Source: Nibricoccus sp. (GTDB taxonomy: Bacteria > Verrucomicrobiota > Verrucomicrobiia > Opitutales > Opitutaceae). From it: a stretch of DNA of 64,000 nucleotides. The stretch lies in NCBI GenBank assembly GCA_047602425.1, contig JASGHG010000001.1:4864001-4928000 (forward strand), in the 5' to 3' direction. The notes beneath the pieces are model-generated. The model ran no database searches. It was given only the letters and a program-made list of their open reading frames with translations, and was not told where the DNA came from. This document shows, in pieces, positions 56,040 through 64,000 of this stretch. Every line of letters starts with the position of its first letter. The stretch's first letter is position 1. A program made the translations under genes and the position numbers.

Positions 56040-58004
56040 TTGCCGCGCCGGGCGTTTCCGACACGTTTCCACCAGCTTCCTACCCCTTTGGATTCCGTTC
56101 AGCCCACTTCAGTTCGGTCGGCGCGCATCGCGCCTGTGTACAATCTGCCGCTCGCGGTGCTTTTGATTGTTCTCACTTTCGTCGTGTACTGGCCGGCATT
56201 ACGTGGCGATTTTGTCATCGATGATGCCGCCAACGTCACGAAGGCTGAGTTGCGTTCGCTCCAAGGTCTGGGACGCATCTGGTGCGAACTAGGCGTCACT
56301 CAGCAATACTACCCCGTGCTTTACACCGGCTTCTGGCTGGAGCATTGCTTATGGGGCGACTCAACCATCGGCTATCACCTAGCCAACGTTGTGCAACACC
56401 TCGTCGCGGCCGGGCTTCTGATCTTAATTGTGCGGAGATTGTCGCTCCCGGGCGCTTGGTTGGCCGGATTTCTCTTCGCGCTGCATCCCGTGTCCGTAGA
56501 ATCTGTGGCATGGATCGCCGAACAAAAGAATACCCTTTCCACGGTTTTCTTTCTTGCCTCAGCGCTGGTGTATTTCGATTTCGCGGAGACGCGAAAGAGG
56601 TCGGCATATTGCCTCGCGCTCGCCTTTTTCGTTCTCGCGCTCCTTTCCAAAACAGTAACGGCAACGCTGCCTGCCGCTTTGCTGGTCGTGATTTGGTGGC
56701 AACGCGGACGTCTCGATGTCCGGCGGGATTTTTTACCACTCCTTCCCTGGTTCGTCATTGGAGCCACCGTCGGACTTTTTTCCGCCTGGGTTGAACACCG
56801 TTTTGTGGGTGCCCAAGGCGAGGATTTTTCACTCAATTTCCTCGAACGTACGTTGGTTGCCGGGCGCGCAGTCTGGTTTTATCTCGGCAAACTGGTTTGG
56901 CCTGCCGACCTAATGTTCATGTATCCGCGCTGGACGATCGACGCCGGCGTCTGGTGGCAATTTCTATTTCCCTTGGGCGTGATCGGCTTAATAGTCGCGG
57001 CACTCGTCGTTGCGCGCCGCCATCCAGGGCCACTTGCCAGTCTCCTTCTATTTTGCGGACTGCTGTTTCCAACCGCCGGATTTCTCAATATTTATTGGTT
57101 TAAAATCTCCTATGTCGCGGACCACTTCGCCTATTTGGCATCGATTGCCGTTATAGTACCGACGGCGGGGCTGCTGACCTCCACGTTTCACCGCATGAGA
57201 TCAGGCGCTTGGTTCGGTCCTACGTTTAACGCAACGCTGGTGATTTCTTTGGGGATACTGAGTTGGCAGCGCAGCCACATCTATCGTGATCACAAAACGC
57301 TTTGCGAACACACCCTCACACAAAACCCCGAGGCTTGGATGATGCACAACAATCTCGGCTTCATTCTTGGGGAGCAGTTCAACCAGATCCCGGAAGCCAT
57401 CGAACATTTCAAAACAGCTGTACGCCTAAAGCCGAATTTTGCCGATGCGCATTTTAATCTTGGACGTGGCTGGGAGCGCATGCCAAACCATCTACAAGAA
57501 GCCCTGTCTGAATATCGGGAATCGGTGCGGCTTCAACCCAACGATGTCGAGAGTCAATTTCGCCTCGGCTGTGTGCTCGGCAACCTAAACCAGGTAGCAG
57601 AGGCAATGAAATGCTTTCAGGCTGCGGTTGTTTTACGCCCGGATCATGCCGAGGCTCATTTCAATCTCGCCTTGGCCCTTGGTGAAATCTCACGCGACGT
57701 TGGGGAAATCATCGCTCATCTCGCTGCCGCCATTCGGGCGAAACCTGACTATGTTGACGCGTATTATCTCTTGGGAAATACGCTCGCGGGAAATGGACGC
57801 TTGCCGGAAGCGGTTGAGGCCTATCGTGCGGCGTTGCGCTTCGCGCCTGATTTTGTCGAGGGACATTTTAACTTGGGTTGTGTGCTAACCGATTTGCAGC
57901 ATCCGGCGGAAGCCTTGGCCGAGTTCGAAACAGTTTTGCGACTACAGCCCGGTTTCGAAGCCGCGCGAGACATGCGGACCAAGCTAATCTCTGCCAAACA
58001 ATAG
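56040..58004 (+). CDS. TMTC-like GT-C membrane glycosyltransferase with C-terminal TPRs
   Basis: YWPALRGDFVIDD, YHLANVVQH, LFALHPVSVESVAWIAEQK, ALLSK, VADHFAYL, multiple TPRs (PNFADAHFNLG). Start uncertain. Confidence 0.88.
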   Translation: MPRRAFPTRFHQLPTPLDSVQPTSVRSARIAPVYNLPLAVLLIVLTFVVYWPALRGDFVIDDAANVTKAELRSLQGLGRIWCELGVTQQYYPVLYTGFWLEHCLWGDSTIGYHLANVVQHLVAAGLLILIVRRLSLPGAWLAGFLFALHPVSVESVAWIAEQKNTLSTVFFLASALVYFDFAETRKRSAYCLALAFFVLALLSKTVTATLPAALLVVIWWQRGRLDVRRDFLPLLPWFVIGATVGLFSAWVEHRFVGAQGEDFSLNFLERTLVAGRAVWFYLGKLVWPADLMFMYPRWTIDAGVWWQFLFPLGVIGLIVAALVVARRHPGPLASLLLFCGLLFPTAGFLNIYWFKISYVADHFAYLASIAVIVPTAGLLTSTFHRMRSGAWFGPTFNATLVISLGILSWQRSHIYRDHKTLCEHTLTQNPEAWMMHNNLGFILGEQFNQIPEAIEHFKTAVRLKPNFADAHFNLGRGWERMPNHLQEALSEYRESVRLQPNDVESQFRLGCVLGNLNQVAEAMKCFQAAVVLRPDHAEAHFNLALALGEISRDVGEIIAHLAAAIRAKPDYVDAYYLLGNTLAGNGRLPEAVEAYRAALRFAPDFVEGHFNLGCVLTDLQHPAEALAEFETVLRLQPGFEAARDMRTKLISAKQ

Positions 58005-58078
58005 CCTGCCTGCAGGCGCCTGGAATCATCCGCGCTTTTGACGGGTTTCGGATGGTTTAGGTGTTTTGGTTATTAATC

Positions 58079-59248
58079 ATGAACCACAACCCGCTCCGTT
58101 TTGCGCGCGCAGCCGTCGCCGCTGCGTTCCTCTGTCTGCATGCTTTCAGCCACGCAGCCGCACCAACGCCATCCATTTCCAATCCAGCCGTCCTTTGGAA
58201 ATTTTCCACCGGCAAAGACGTCACGGCGGCGCCAATGGTGGATCGCGGCGTGGTTTACTGCGGCAGCACCAACGGTCAATTTTTTGCGCTCAACGCTGAC
58301 ACGGGGCAACAGCTTTGGAAATTTCAAGCCAACTTCCCGATATCCAGTCGCGCAGCATGCGAGGGCGACACAGTCTGTTTCGAAAGTGGCAATACCCTCT
58401 ACGCGCTCGATCGGGCCACTGGCCTCGAAAAGTGGCTCTACGTTGCCAAACCCTATCGTCCAATCGCCTCAATGGACCTCACCGATTACCATCGCTCCTC
58501 TCCTGTGATCGCCGACGGTATTGTTTATTTTGGCGACGATTGGGGGAATCTCAACGGCGTTTCTCTTACAGATGGTTCCCCTGTATTTGGATACACTACG
58601 CCTGCTGCACGGCCGATCCGGTGCGCGCCCGCGATTCATGACGGCGTTGTTTATTTTGGCGACTGGGAAGGCGATGTCTTCGCTGTTTCGCTGTCGGACA
58701 AAAAGCTCCGTTGGCAATATCGCGCGCCCAATGTCCGTCCCTATTATGGCGCGGTTGTTTCAGATTTCCTAGTTAGCGACGGCGTTTTGTATTTCGGAAG
58801 TCAGCATGACACTTTTGCTCCACTCGACATTGTCACCGGTAAACCCGTGTGGAGTTACACCGATCCAAATAAAACCTACCTGCCGTCGACTCCGCTCGTG
58901 CACAAGGGTCGCGTGATCATCGGCACCACGATTTTCACGAACTCCGTGCTCTGCCTTGAACGCGGTCAACTTGCGTGGACTTTCAAAGCTGAAGGCATCT
59001 TTTTCACACGACCGGCAATCGCCGGACGCACATTGATCGTCAATAGTTCGAATTTTGGCAAAACCGGCTGGCTTTACCTCCTCGACGTGGAAACAGGCGC
59101 ACTGCTTAACAAGCTCCCGATCGACAAAGCCATGCCTTCCGCGCCTGTAGTGGCCGACGGGAAAATCTACCTCGGCGCGGGCGATGGATGCATTTACGCA
59201 CTTTCGTTGTCCACATTGACCACAACCACAACAGAGGCACAAAAATAG
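58079..59248 (+). CDS. Secreted PQQ-like beta-propeller repeat protein
   Basis: Signal peptide; repeated SSPVIADGIVYFG..ALNADTGQQLWKF blades. Confidence 0.9.
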   Translation: MNHNPLRFARAAVAAAFLCLHAFSHAAAPTPSISNPAVLWKFSTGKDVTAAPMVDRGVVYCGSTNGQFFALNADTGQQLWKFQANFPISSRAACEGDTVCFESGNTLYALDRATGLEKWLYVAKPYRPIASMDLTDYHRSSPVIADGIVYFGDDWGNLNGVSLTDGSPVFGYTTPAARPIRCAPAIHDGVVYFGDWEGDVFAVSLSDKKLRWQYRAPNVRPYYGAVVSDFLVSDGVLYFGSQHDTFAPLDIVTGKPVWSYTDPNKTYLPSTPLVHKGRVIIGTTIFTNSVLCLERGQLAWTFKAEGIFFTRPAIAGRTLIVNSSNFGKTGWLYLLDVETGALLNKLPIDKAMPSAPVVADGKIYLGAGDGCIYALSLSTLTTTTTEAQK

Positions 59249-59275
59249 AACGCGCGCCTTTTACGGCGCGCGTTC
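59241..59275 (-). terminator. Hairpin terminator between convergent genes
   Basis: gaacgcgcgcc-ttttac-ggcgcgcgttc, followed on the minus strand by tattttt. Confidence 0.75.
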
Positions 59276-59322
59276 CCCACACAGTCTACACTTACTGCTA
59301 AACCAAAATCCGCGAAGGAGGC

Positions 59323-61821
59323 TCAGGGTTTCAACCTGAGAATCGTGAAAGACCAGGGCGGCAGCGTTCGGTCAAATTGCGGACCTTTCACGGCCACCGC
59401 TTCCACGCTGGGCTGCACACGATTCGGTTCTTCGAAAGTATTGTCGTGTTCGGGCTCGGCGCCCGTCAGCAGCGTGGCCGTGCCGGTGAGATTCTTTGCG
59501 GCGATCCCGGCAAGATTGATTCGCACCGTTTGGGCCTTTTCGGTGGTATTGGTGATGCCAACGACGATCTCGCCCGTTGCGGCAATCCGTCCGGCCGACG
59601 CGAAGACGCTACTGTAAGGTTGGCAGTCGGCTTCCTGGATGAACTGGCCGTCCTGATAGCATTTCACCGACGATCCCTTAACCTCAATACGGTACTCGTG
59701 CCATTGCCCAACCACCACGTTTCCTGGCACGTAGGGATCGGTCGCGCCGGGGATTTCCAAGCGATCCTGCACGCCGCCGATGACACCGACACGCCAGGTG
59801 GATTCCCGACCACCCTGACCGGCAAAATTGATCATGAACCCATCGTTACCACCAATCTTGCGGGCTTTGAGCGTAAGGGTGTAATTAGACCAGCTCGGAT
59901 CGCCTGCATATGCGCAATGTTCGCCCATCGGATTCGATTGCCTGAAGGCGCCATCTTCAATCGACCAATCGCCGCTGCGCGGTGTCCAGCCGTCGGCGTT
60001 TTTGGAAAAATCGCTTTCGAGCAGCGTCTTGCCGTCCTTGACTACTTTGACGTCCTTGAATTCGGCCTGGCTGAAGGTCGTGCCAAATCCAATACGTCCG
60101 GTCAAAGCGGGTGGCACGACCGTGGGCGCTTGCACTTGCACCGGCACGACTGTATCCGGACGGTTTTGCCCAAGCAAGGCCTGCACGTGGTAGCTCGGCG
60201 TGCGAATGACGTGGCTATTGTCGAACCAGATCAAATCGGGTCCCCACTGCACGTGATTCACGTTGGCGAGCAATGGCGCGTACGAGGACATCGCCACCAC
60301 GTCGGCATTGCGCCAAAGGCCCATGGCAAAGGAAGCTTCGGCAATGGCGGAGCGAAGATTGTTGCGCCGGTTGTGATCGTGCGCGGCATATTCGCCGACG
60401 AAGATTTTTGGACCTTTCCGATCATAGCTGTCGTAGCGGTTGTTGAATTGGAAAAACCACTGCGGTGGGCGATAGTAGTGTTCATCGACGATATCGGCGG
60501 GCGTGCCCGATTTGAATTTTCCCCAGGCGAACTTGAAAAACCCGTCGTTTTCCTGCGGACCGGCCGTCGTGATCAGCGCGATCTCGGGATGCTTCGCTTT
60601 CAGCGCCTTGTAGAAGATGTCGTAGCGATCGAAATACTCCTGCATCCATTGCTCGTTGCCCACGCCGAGATATTTTAAGTTGAACGGCGCGGGATGCCCC
60701 ATCTTCGCGCGGAGGGCGCCCCACTTCGTGCTCACGGGACCGTTGGCGAATTCGATCAGGTCGAGCGCATCTTGAACGTAAGGCTGAAGCTGATCGAGCG
60801 GGACGTGAGTGCCACCGCGAGCCTGGCAGCACATGCCGCAATTTAATACGGGGAGTGGTTCGGCACCGATATCCTCGCAGAATTGAAAGTATTCGTAGAA
60901 GCCGAGTCCGTAGGTTTGGTGATATTGCGGCGAAGCGTCGTTGGACCAAAGATTCCAGTTTTGTTTGCGCTCAGCGACGTCGCCCACGGTATCTTTCCAG
61001 CGGTACATGTCCGCGTGAGCCGAACCTTCAACCACGCAACCACCGGGAAAGCGCAGGAAGCCGGGCTTGATGTCGGCCAGCGTCTGCGCGAGGTCGGCGC
61101 GCAAGCCGTTGGCGCGGTTTTTAAAAGTCTTCGCTGGGAAAAGCGACGCCATGTCCACATCGACCTCGCCGGGGGTAGTAGCCACGACGACAAGGCAGGC
61201 TTTGGCTTCATCGACGGCCGTCTTTAAGTCGCATTCGTACTTTTTCCACTCCGTCCCGATCTCTTCGATATGCTGCACTGCGAGCATGCGACCTCGAGCG
61301 TCTTCAAGTATTATGCGAAGCGCAGTTTGTTTTCCCGTATAGCGACGTGCATAAACGGAGAAGTGGTAAGTTTCGCCGGCCTGAAGCCTGATGCCGTCGA
61401 AGCCCGAGTTCACTGCGGCCACGCCGCCCATGCCGGCCTTCGTAACTTCCAGGCGAAGGAAGTGCGGGTTGTTGGCGTTGAGCGCACGGTCGCTCATGAC
61501 CGCAATTTTACCCTCCGCGCCGCCCTGAAGGCTCTGGGTCCACGCGTACATCGCATCGCGGTGTTCAAATGACCGGTTTTGCACCAGTTCGGCATAAAGA
61601 CCGCCATCGGCACCATAATTAATGTCTTCGAAGAACAGGCCATGCAGCGTCGGCGCCACCGAAATACCCGGCTTGTCGGTTTGGATATTTAACGTCACTG
61701 GTTCCGCGACCGCGAGGCTGGCGGACAAGCCCACGATGGCCAAAAACGAGGCCGGGCAAAATGAACGACGAAGTTGAAGTGACGGAGTCATAATGGATCT
61801 TTTTGGTGTTTTGGGGGACAT
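59323..61821 (-). CDS. GH51 alpha-L-arabinofuranosidase
   Basis: GLFFEDINYGADGGLYAELVQNRSFE, FLRFPGGCVVEG, YLGVGNEQW, DEHYY, FVGEYA, MSSYAPLL. Confidence 0.95.
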   Translation of the reverse strand: MSPKTPKRSIMTPSLQLRRSFCPASFLAIVGLSASLAVAEPVTLNIQTDKPGISVAPTLHGLFFEDINYGADGGLYAELVQNRSFEHRDAMYAWTQSLQGGAEGKIAVMSDRALNANNPHFLRLEVTKAGMGGVAAVNSGFDGIRLQAGETYHFSVYARRYTGKQTALRIILEDARGRMLAVQHIEEIGTEWKKYECDLKTAVDEAKACLVVVATTPGEVDVDMASLFPAKTFKNRANGLRADLAQTLADIKPGFLRFPGGCVVEGSAHADMYRWKDTVGDVAERKQNWNLWSNDASPQYHQTYGLGFYEYFQFCEDIGAEPLPVLNCGMCCQARGGTHVPLDQLQPYVQDALDLIEFANGPVSTKWGALRAKMGHPAPFNLKYLGVGNEQWMQEYFDRYDIFYKALKAKHPEIALITTAGPQENDGFFKFAWGKFKSGTPADIVDEHYYRPPQWFFQFNNRYDSYDRKGPKIFVGEYAAHDHNRRNNLRSAIAEASFAMGLWRNADVVAMSSYAPLLANVNHVQWGPDLIWFDNSHVIRTPSYHVQALLGQNRPDTVVPVQVQAPTVVPPALTGRIGFGTTFSQAEFKDVKVVKDGKTLLESDFSKNADGWTPRSGDWSIEDGAFRQSNPMGEHCAYAGDPSWSNYTLTLKARKIGGNDGFMINFAGQGGRESTWRVGVIGGVQDRLEIPGATDPYVPGNVVVGQWHEYRIEVKGSSVKCYQDGQFIQEADCQPYSSVFASAGRIAATGEIVVGITNTTEKAQTVRINLAGIAAKNLTGTATLLTGAEPEHDNTFEEPNRVQPSVEAVAVKGPQFDRTLPPWSFTILRLKP

Positions 61822-61990
61822 ACATCCGCCCTGAATTGCCGATACTTATATAAGCGAAATCCACGGTCCAAACCCGACACCGTTTCTGCAAAATCCCGCA
61901 AATTGATCTCACCAAAATTCATTACCCGACGCGAACTATCGCATTTCTCGCTTTGCGGGCGCGCCTTTTCTGTTTTCCCTACCTGTTTAC

Positions 61991-64000
61991 ATGAGTAGCC
62001 GCCTTCTCAAACATGCGCTGGAACGCCTGAATTTCACGGGGGAAGTCCCCAAGGCCCAACGTCTTGCTGCGTGCAAAAATTTCCTTCAGCTCGAAGGCGC
62101 TCATATCGTCGCTCAGCACCAGGCTGGCGAGTCCGGCCTCGCCGTCGTCCGCGCCCGCTCCGCGATGATCGACGTGATGCTGCTACACCTTTTCGATTAC
62201 GCCGTGGCGGCTTGGAACCGCTCCAATGGTTCCCTCGCCTCCAACGTCTGCCTGGTCGCCTTGGGCGGTTATGGCCGCGGCGAACTCAGCCCGCTGAGCG
62301 ACATCGACATCATGTTCCTTTTTCCGTCGAAGGTTAAACCGACGGTCGTCAAGCCGCTGCAAGAGCATCTGATCAACGAAATCCTCTACATTCTCTGGGA
62401 CTGCGGCCTTAAGGTCGGTCATTCCACGCGCACCGTGGACGATGTCTTCACCGAGGCGCGCGCGGAAATTCAGTCCAAAACAGCCTTGCTGGAATCCCGC
62501 CTGATCGCTGGTTCTCAGGAGTTGTTCGGTACGTTCGCCCAGGCCTACGAAAATTTCTACCGCAACGAGAATCCCCGCGGCTACATCGCCGCGCGCCTCG
62601 AGGATCAGTCGACCCGCCGCGCCAAATACGGCAACACGGTCTTCCTTCAGGAGCCGGACATCAAAAACGGCGTCGGCGCGCTGCGTGACTATCAAAATAC
62701 TTTCTGGATGGCCCGGGTGAAGCTCGGCATCACGTCCATCGACGATCTGGCGACGCAAAATTACCTCACGCGAAACGACGCGCGCGATTTCCAACGCGCC
62801 TACGATTTTCTCCTGCGCGTCCGCAACGAACTACATTTCAGCACCAAACATCCGACCGATACGCTCAGCCTCGACGCCCAGCCCCGCGTAGGCCTTGGGC
62901 TTGGTTATACCGCGAACAATACCCTGCAACGCGTCGAGCTGTTCATGCACGATTATTATCGTGCAGCGCAAAAGATCTATCGCGTTTCTAAAACCCTGGA
63001 AAGCCGGCTCGCGCTCTCGCTCGAAAAACCCGAAGGCTTGCGCGGCTCCTTCCGCGAGGTCCTGCGCTCGTACCGTTTTCAACGCAGCAAACGCCTCGAC
63101 GGTTTCGTCCTGCGCGGTCGCGAACTCACCGCCGAAACACCCGAGGTTTTTAAAGAAGATCCCGCGCGGCTCATCCGTGTTTTCCGCCACTGCCAGCAGC
63201 TCGACGCCCTGCCCGATTTTGCGTTGCAAACGCTCATCCGTGAGTCGCTTCCGCTCATCACCGAACAGATCACCGAATCGGCCGATGCCAACACGAGTTT
63301 TAAAGCCATTCTCAGTGAAGCAGGCTCGGTGTATCCCATTCTGGAGCTCATGCACGAGTTGGGCGTGCTCGGTCGTTATATTCCCGAATTCGACGCCCTC
63401 ACCTGCCTTGTCCAACACGAGTTTTATCATCGTTACACGGCCGACATTCACACGCTTCACGCCATCCGTGAACTCGACCGGATTTTCGCCGTCGCCGAAC
63501 CGATGTGCGCGAAGTACCGCGAAGTGCTCCACGAAACGCCGGACCCGACGCTACTCTATTTGATTTTGCTTCTTCACGACATCGGCAAGGCCAAGGGCAT
63601 CAAAGGCCACGCCGAGTTTGGAGTGGAAATCGCGCTCCCACTGCTCAAACGCCTTCAAATCGACCCGGCGAGTAGCGAAATCGTTACGTTTATCATCAAA
63701 AATCATCTCATTATGGCACGCTTTTGGCAGAGGCGGGATGTTGATGATCCGCAAACTGCCATCGCTTTCGCCGAACAGGTGGACTCCGCCGATAAATTGC
63801 GCTATCTCTATGTCCATACTTTTTGCGACGCACGCGGGACGTCCGCCGGCCTCTGGAACAGCTACAAAGACACTCTCCATTCCTCCCTCTTTCGCACGAC
63901 TCTCGAACGTCTGATTCACGGTCAGGCCACCGAAACCCGGAATTCTGAACGCACCCAAATGAAGCACCAGGAACTGATCTCCAAGACCATCCCCGGCATC
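61991..64000 (+). CDS. glnD: [Protein-PII] uridylyltransferase, truncated by the window end
   Basis: My translation from ATG 61991: ALGGYGRGELSPLSDIDIMFL (NTase), GLKVGHSTRT, EPDIKNGVGALRDY, YHRYTADIHTL, LLHDIGK (HD). Absent from the ORF track because no stop lies in the window. Confidence 0.95.
   Translation, partial: MSSRLLKHALERLNFTGEVPKAQRLAACKNFLQLEGAHIVAQHQAGESGLAVVRARSAMIDVMLLHLFDYAVAAWNRSNGSLASNVCLVALGGYGRGELSPLSDIDIMFLFPSKVKPTVVKPLQEHLINEILYILWDCGLKVGHSTRTVDDVFTEARAEIQSKTALLESRLIAGSQELFGTFAQAYENFYRNENPRGYIAARLEDQSTRRAKYGNTVFLQEPDIKNGVGALRDYQNTFWMARVKLGITSIDDLATQNYLTRNDARDFQRAYDFLLRVRNELHFSTKHPTDTLSLDAQPRVGLGLGYTANNTLQRVELFMHDYYRAAQKIYRVSKTLESRLALSLEKPEGLRGSFREVLRSYRFQRSKRLDGFVLRGRELTAETPEVFKEDPARLIRVFRHCQQLDALPDFALQTLIRESLPLITEQITESADANTSFKAILSEAGSVYPILELMHELGVLGRYIPEFDALTCLVQHEFYHRYTADIHTLHAIRELDRIFAVAEPMCAKYREVLHETPDPTLLYLILLLHDIGKAKGIKGHAEFGVEIALPLLKRLQIDPASSEIVTFIIKNHLIMARFWQRRDVDDPQTAIAFAEQVDSADKLRYLYVHTFCDARGTSAGLWNSYKDTLHSSLFRTTLERLIHGQATETRNSERTQMKHQELISKTIPGI

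Noticed and set aside
58079..59248. bamB
   Set aside because: No lipobox Cys and not in a bam/der context; called only a PQQ-like propeller.

Overview
GC-rich bacterial chromosomal segment. Gene content (FecI/FecR plus a very large TonB receptor, TMTC-like GT-C/TPR protein, lineage-specific helical proteins, short periodic inverted repeats) suggests Verrucomicrobia (Opitutaceae-like); this is inference. The centre is a ~32 kb co-directional catabolic locus (13982-45796) divergent from an AraC regulator. It encodes: (i) an isomerase/split-transketolase/FGGY-kinase/ABC+DUF2291 module resembling the non-oxidative D-apiose pathway; (ii) two DUF1593 nucleoside-hydrolase-like proteins, GH127, an MFS carrier, GH78, a carboxylesterase and GH43; (iii) a RuBisCO-like protein, a DUF1537 acid-sugar kinase, a single-Cys Asp/Glu-racemase-fold protein, a BASS symporter, two unknown paralogs and GlcD/GlcF. 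The RLP/kinase module lacks, in this window, the upstream apionate enzymes it normally needs, but shares the locus with an aceric-acid-hydrolase-like GH127. My main hypothesis is an undescribed catabolic route for aceric acid, the branched acid sugar of rhamnogalacturonan-II. The flanks carry an AsmA-like gene, two ECF-sigma modules (one with a Ser-less S9 pseudo-peptidase), ndk, an S26 peptidase, cysK, an SRPBCC-YfcH fusion, photolyase, GH51 and a 3'-truncated glnD. Three genes have single-base frameshifts, probably assembly errors. Several families of small palindromic or periodic repeats occur, some inside coding sequence, and there is a candidate three-way-junction RNA at 956-1063. No rRNA, tRNA, CRISPR array or transposase was recognised. 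All family calls come from motif recognition by eye, not database searches.
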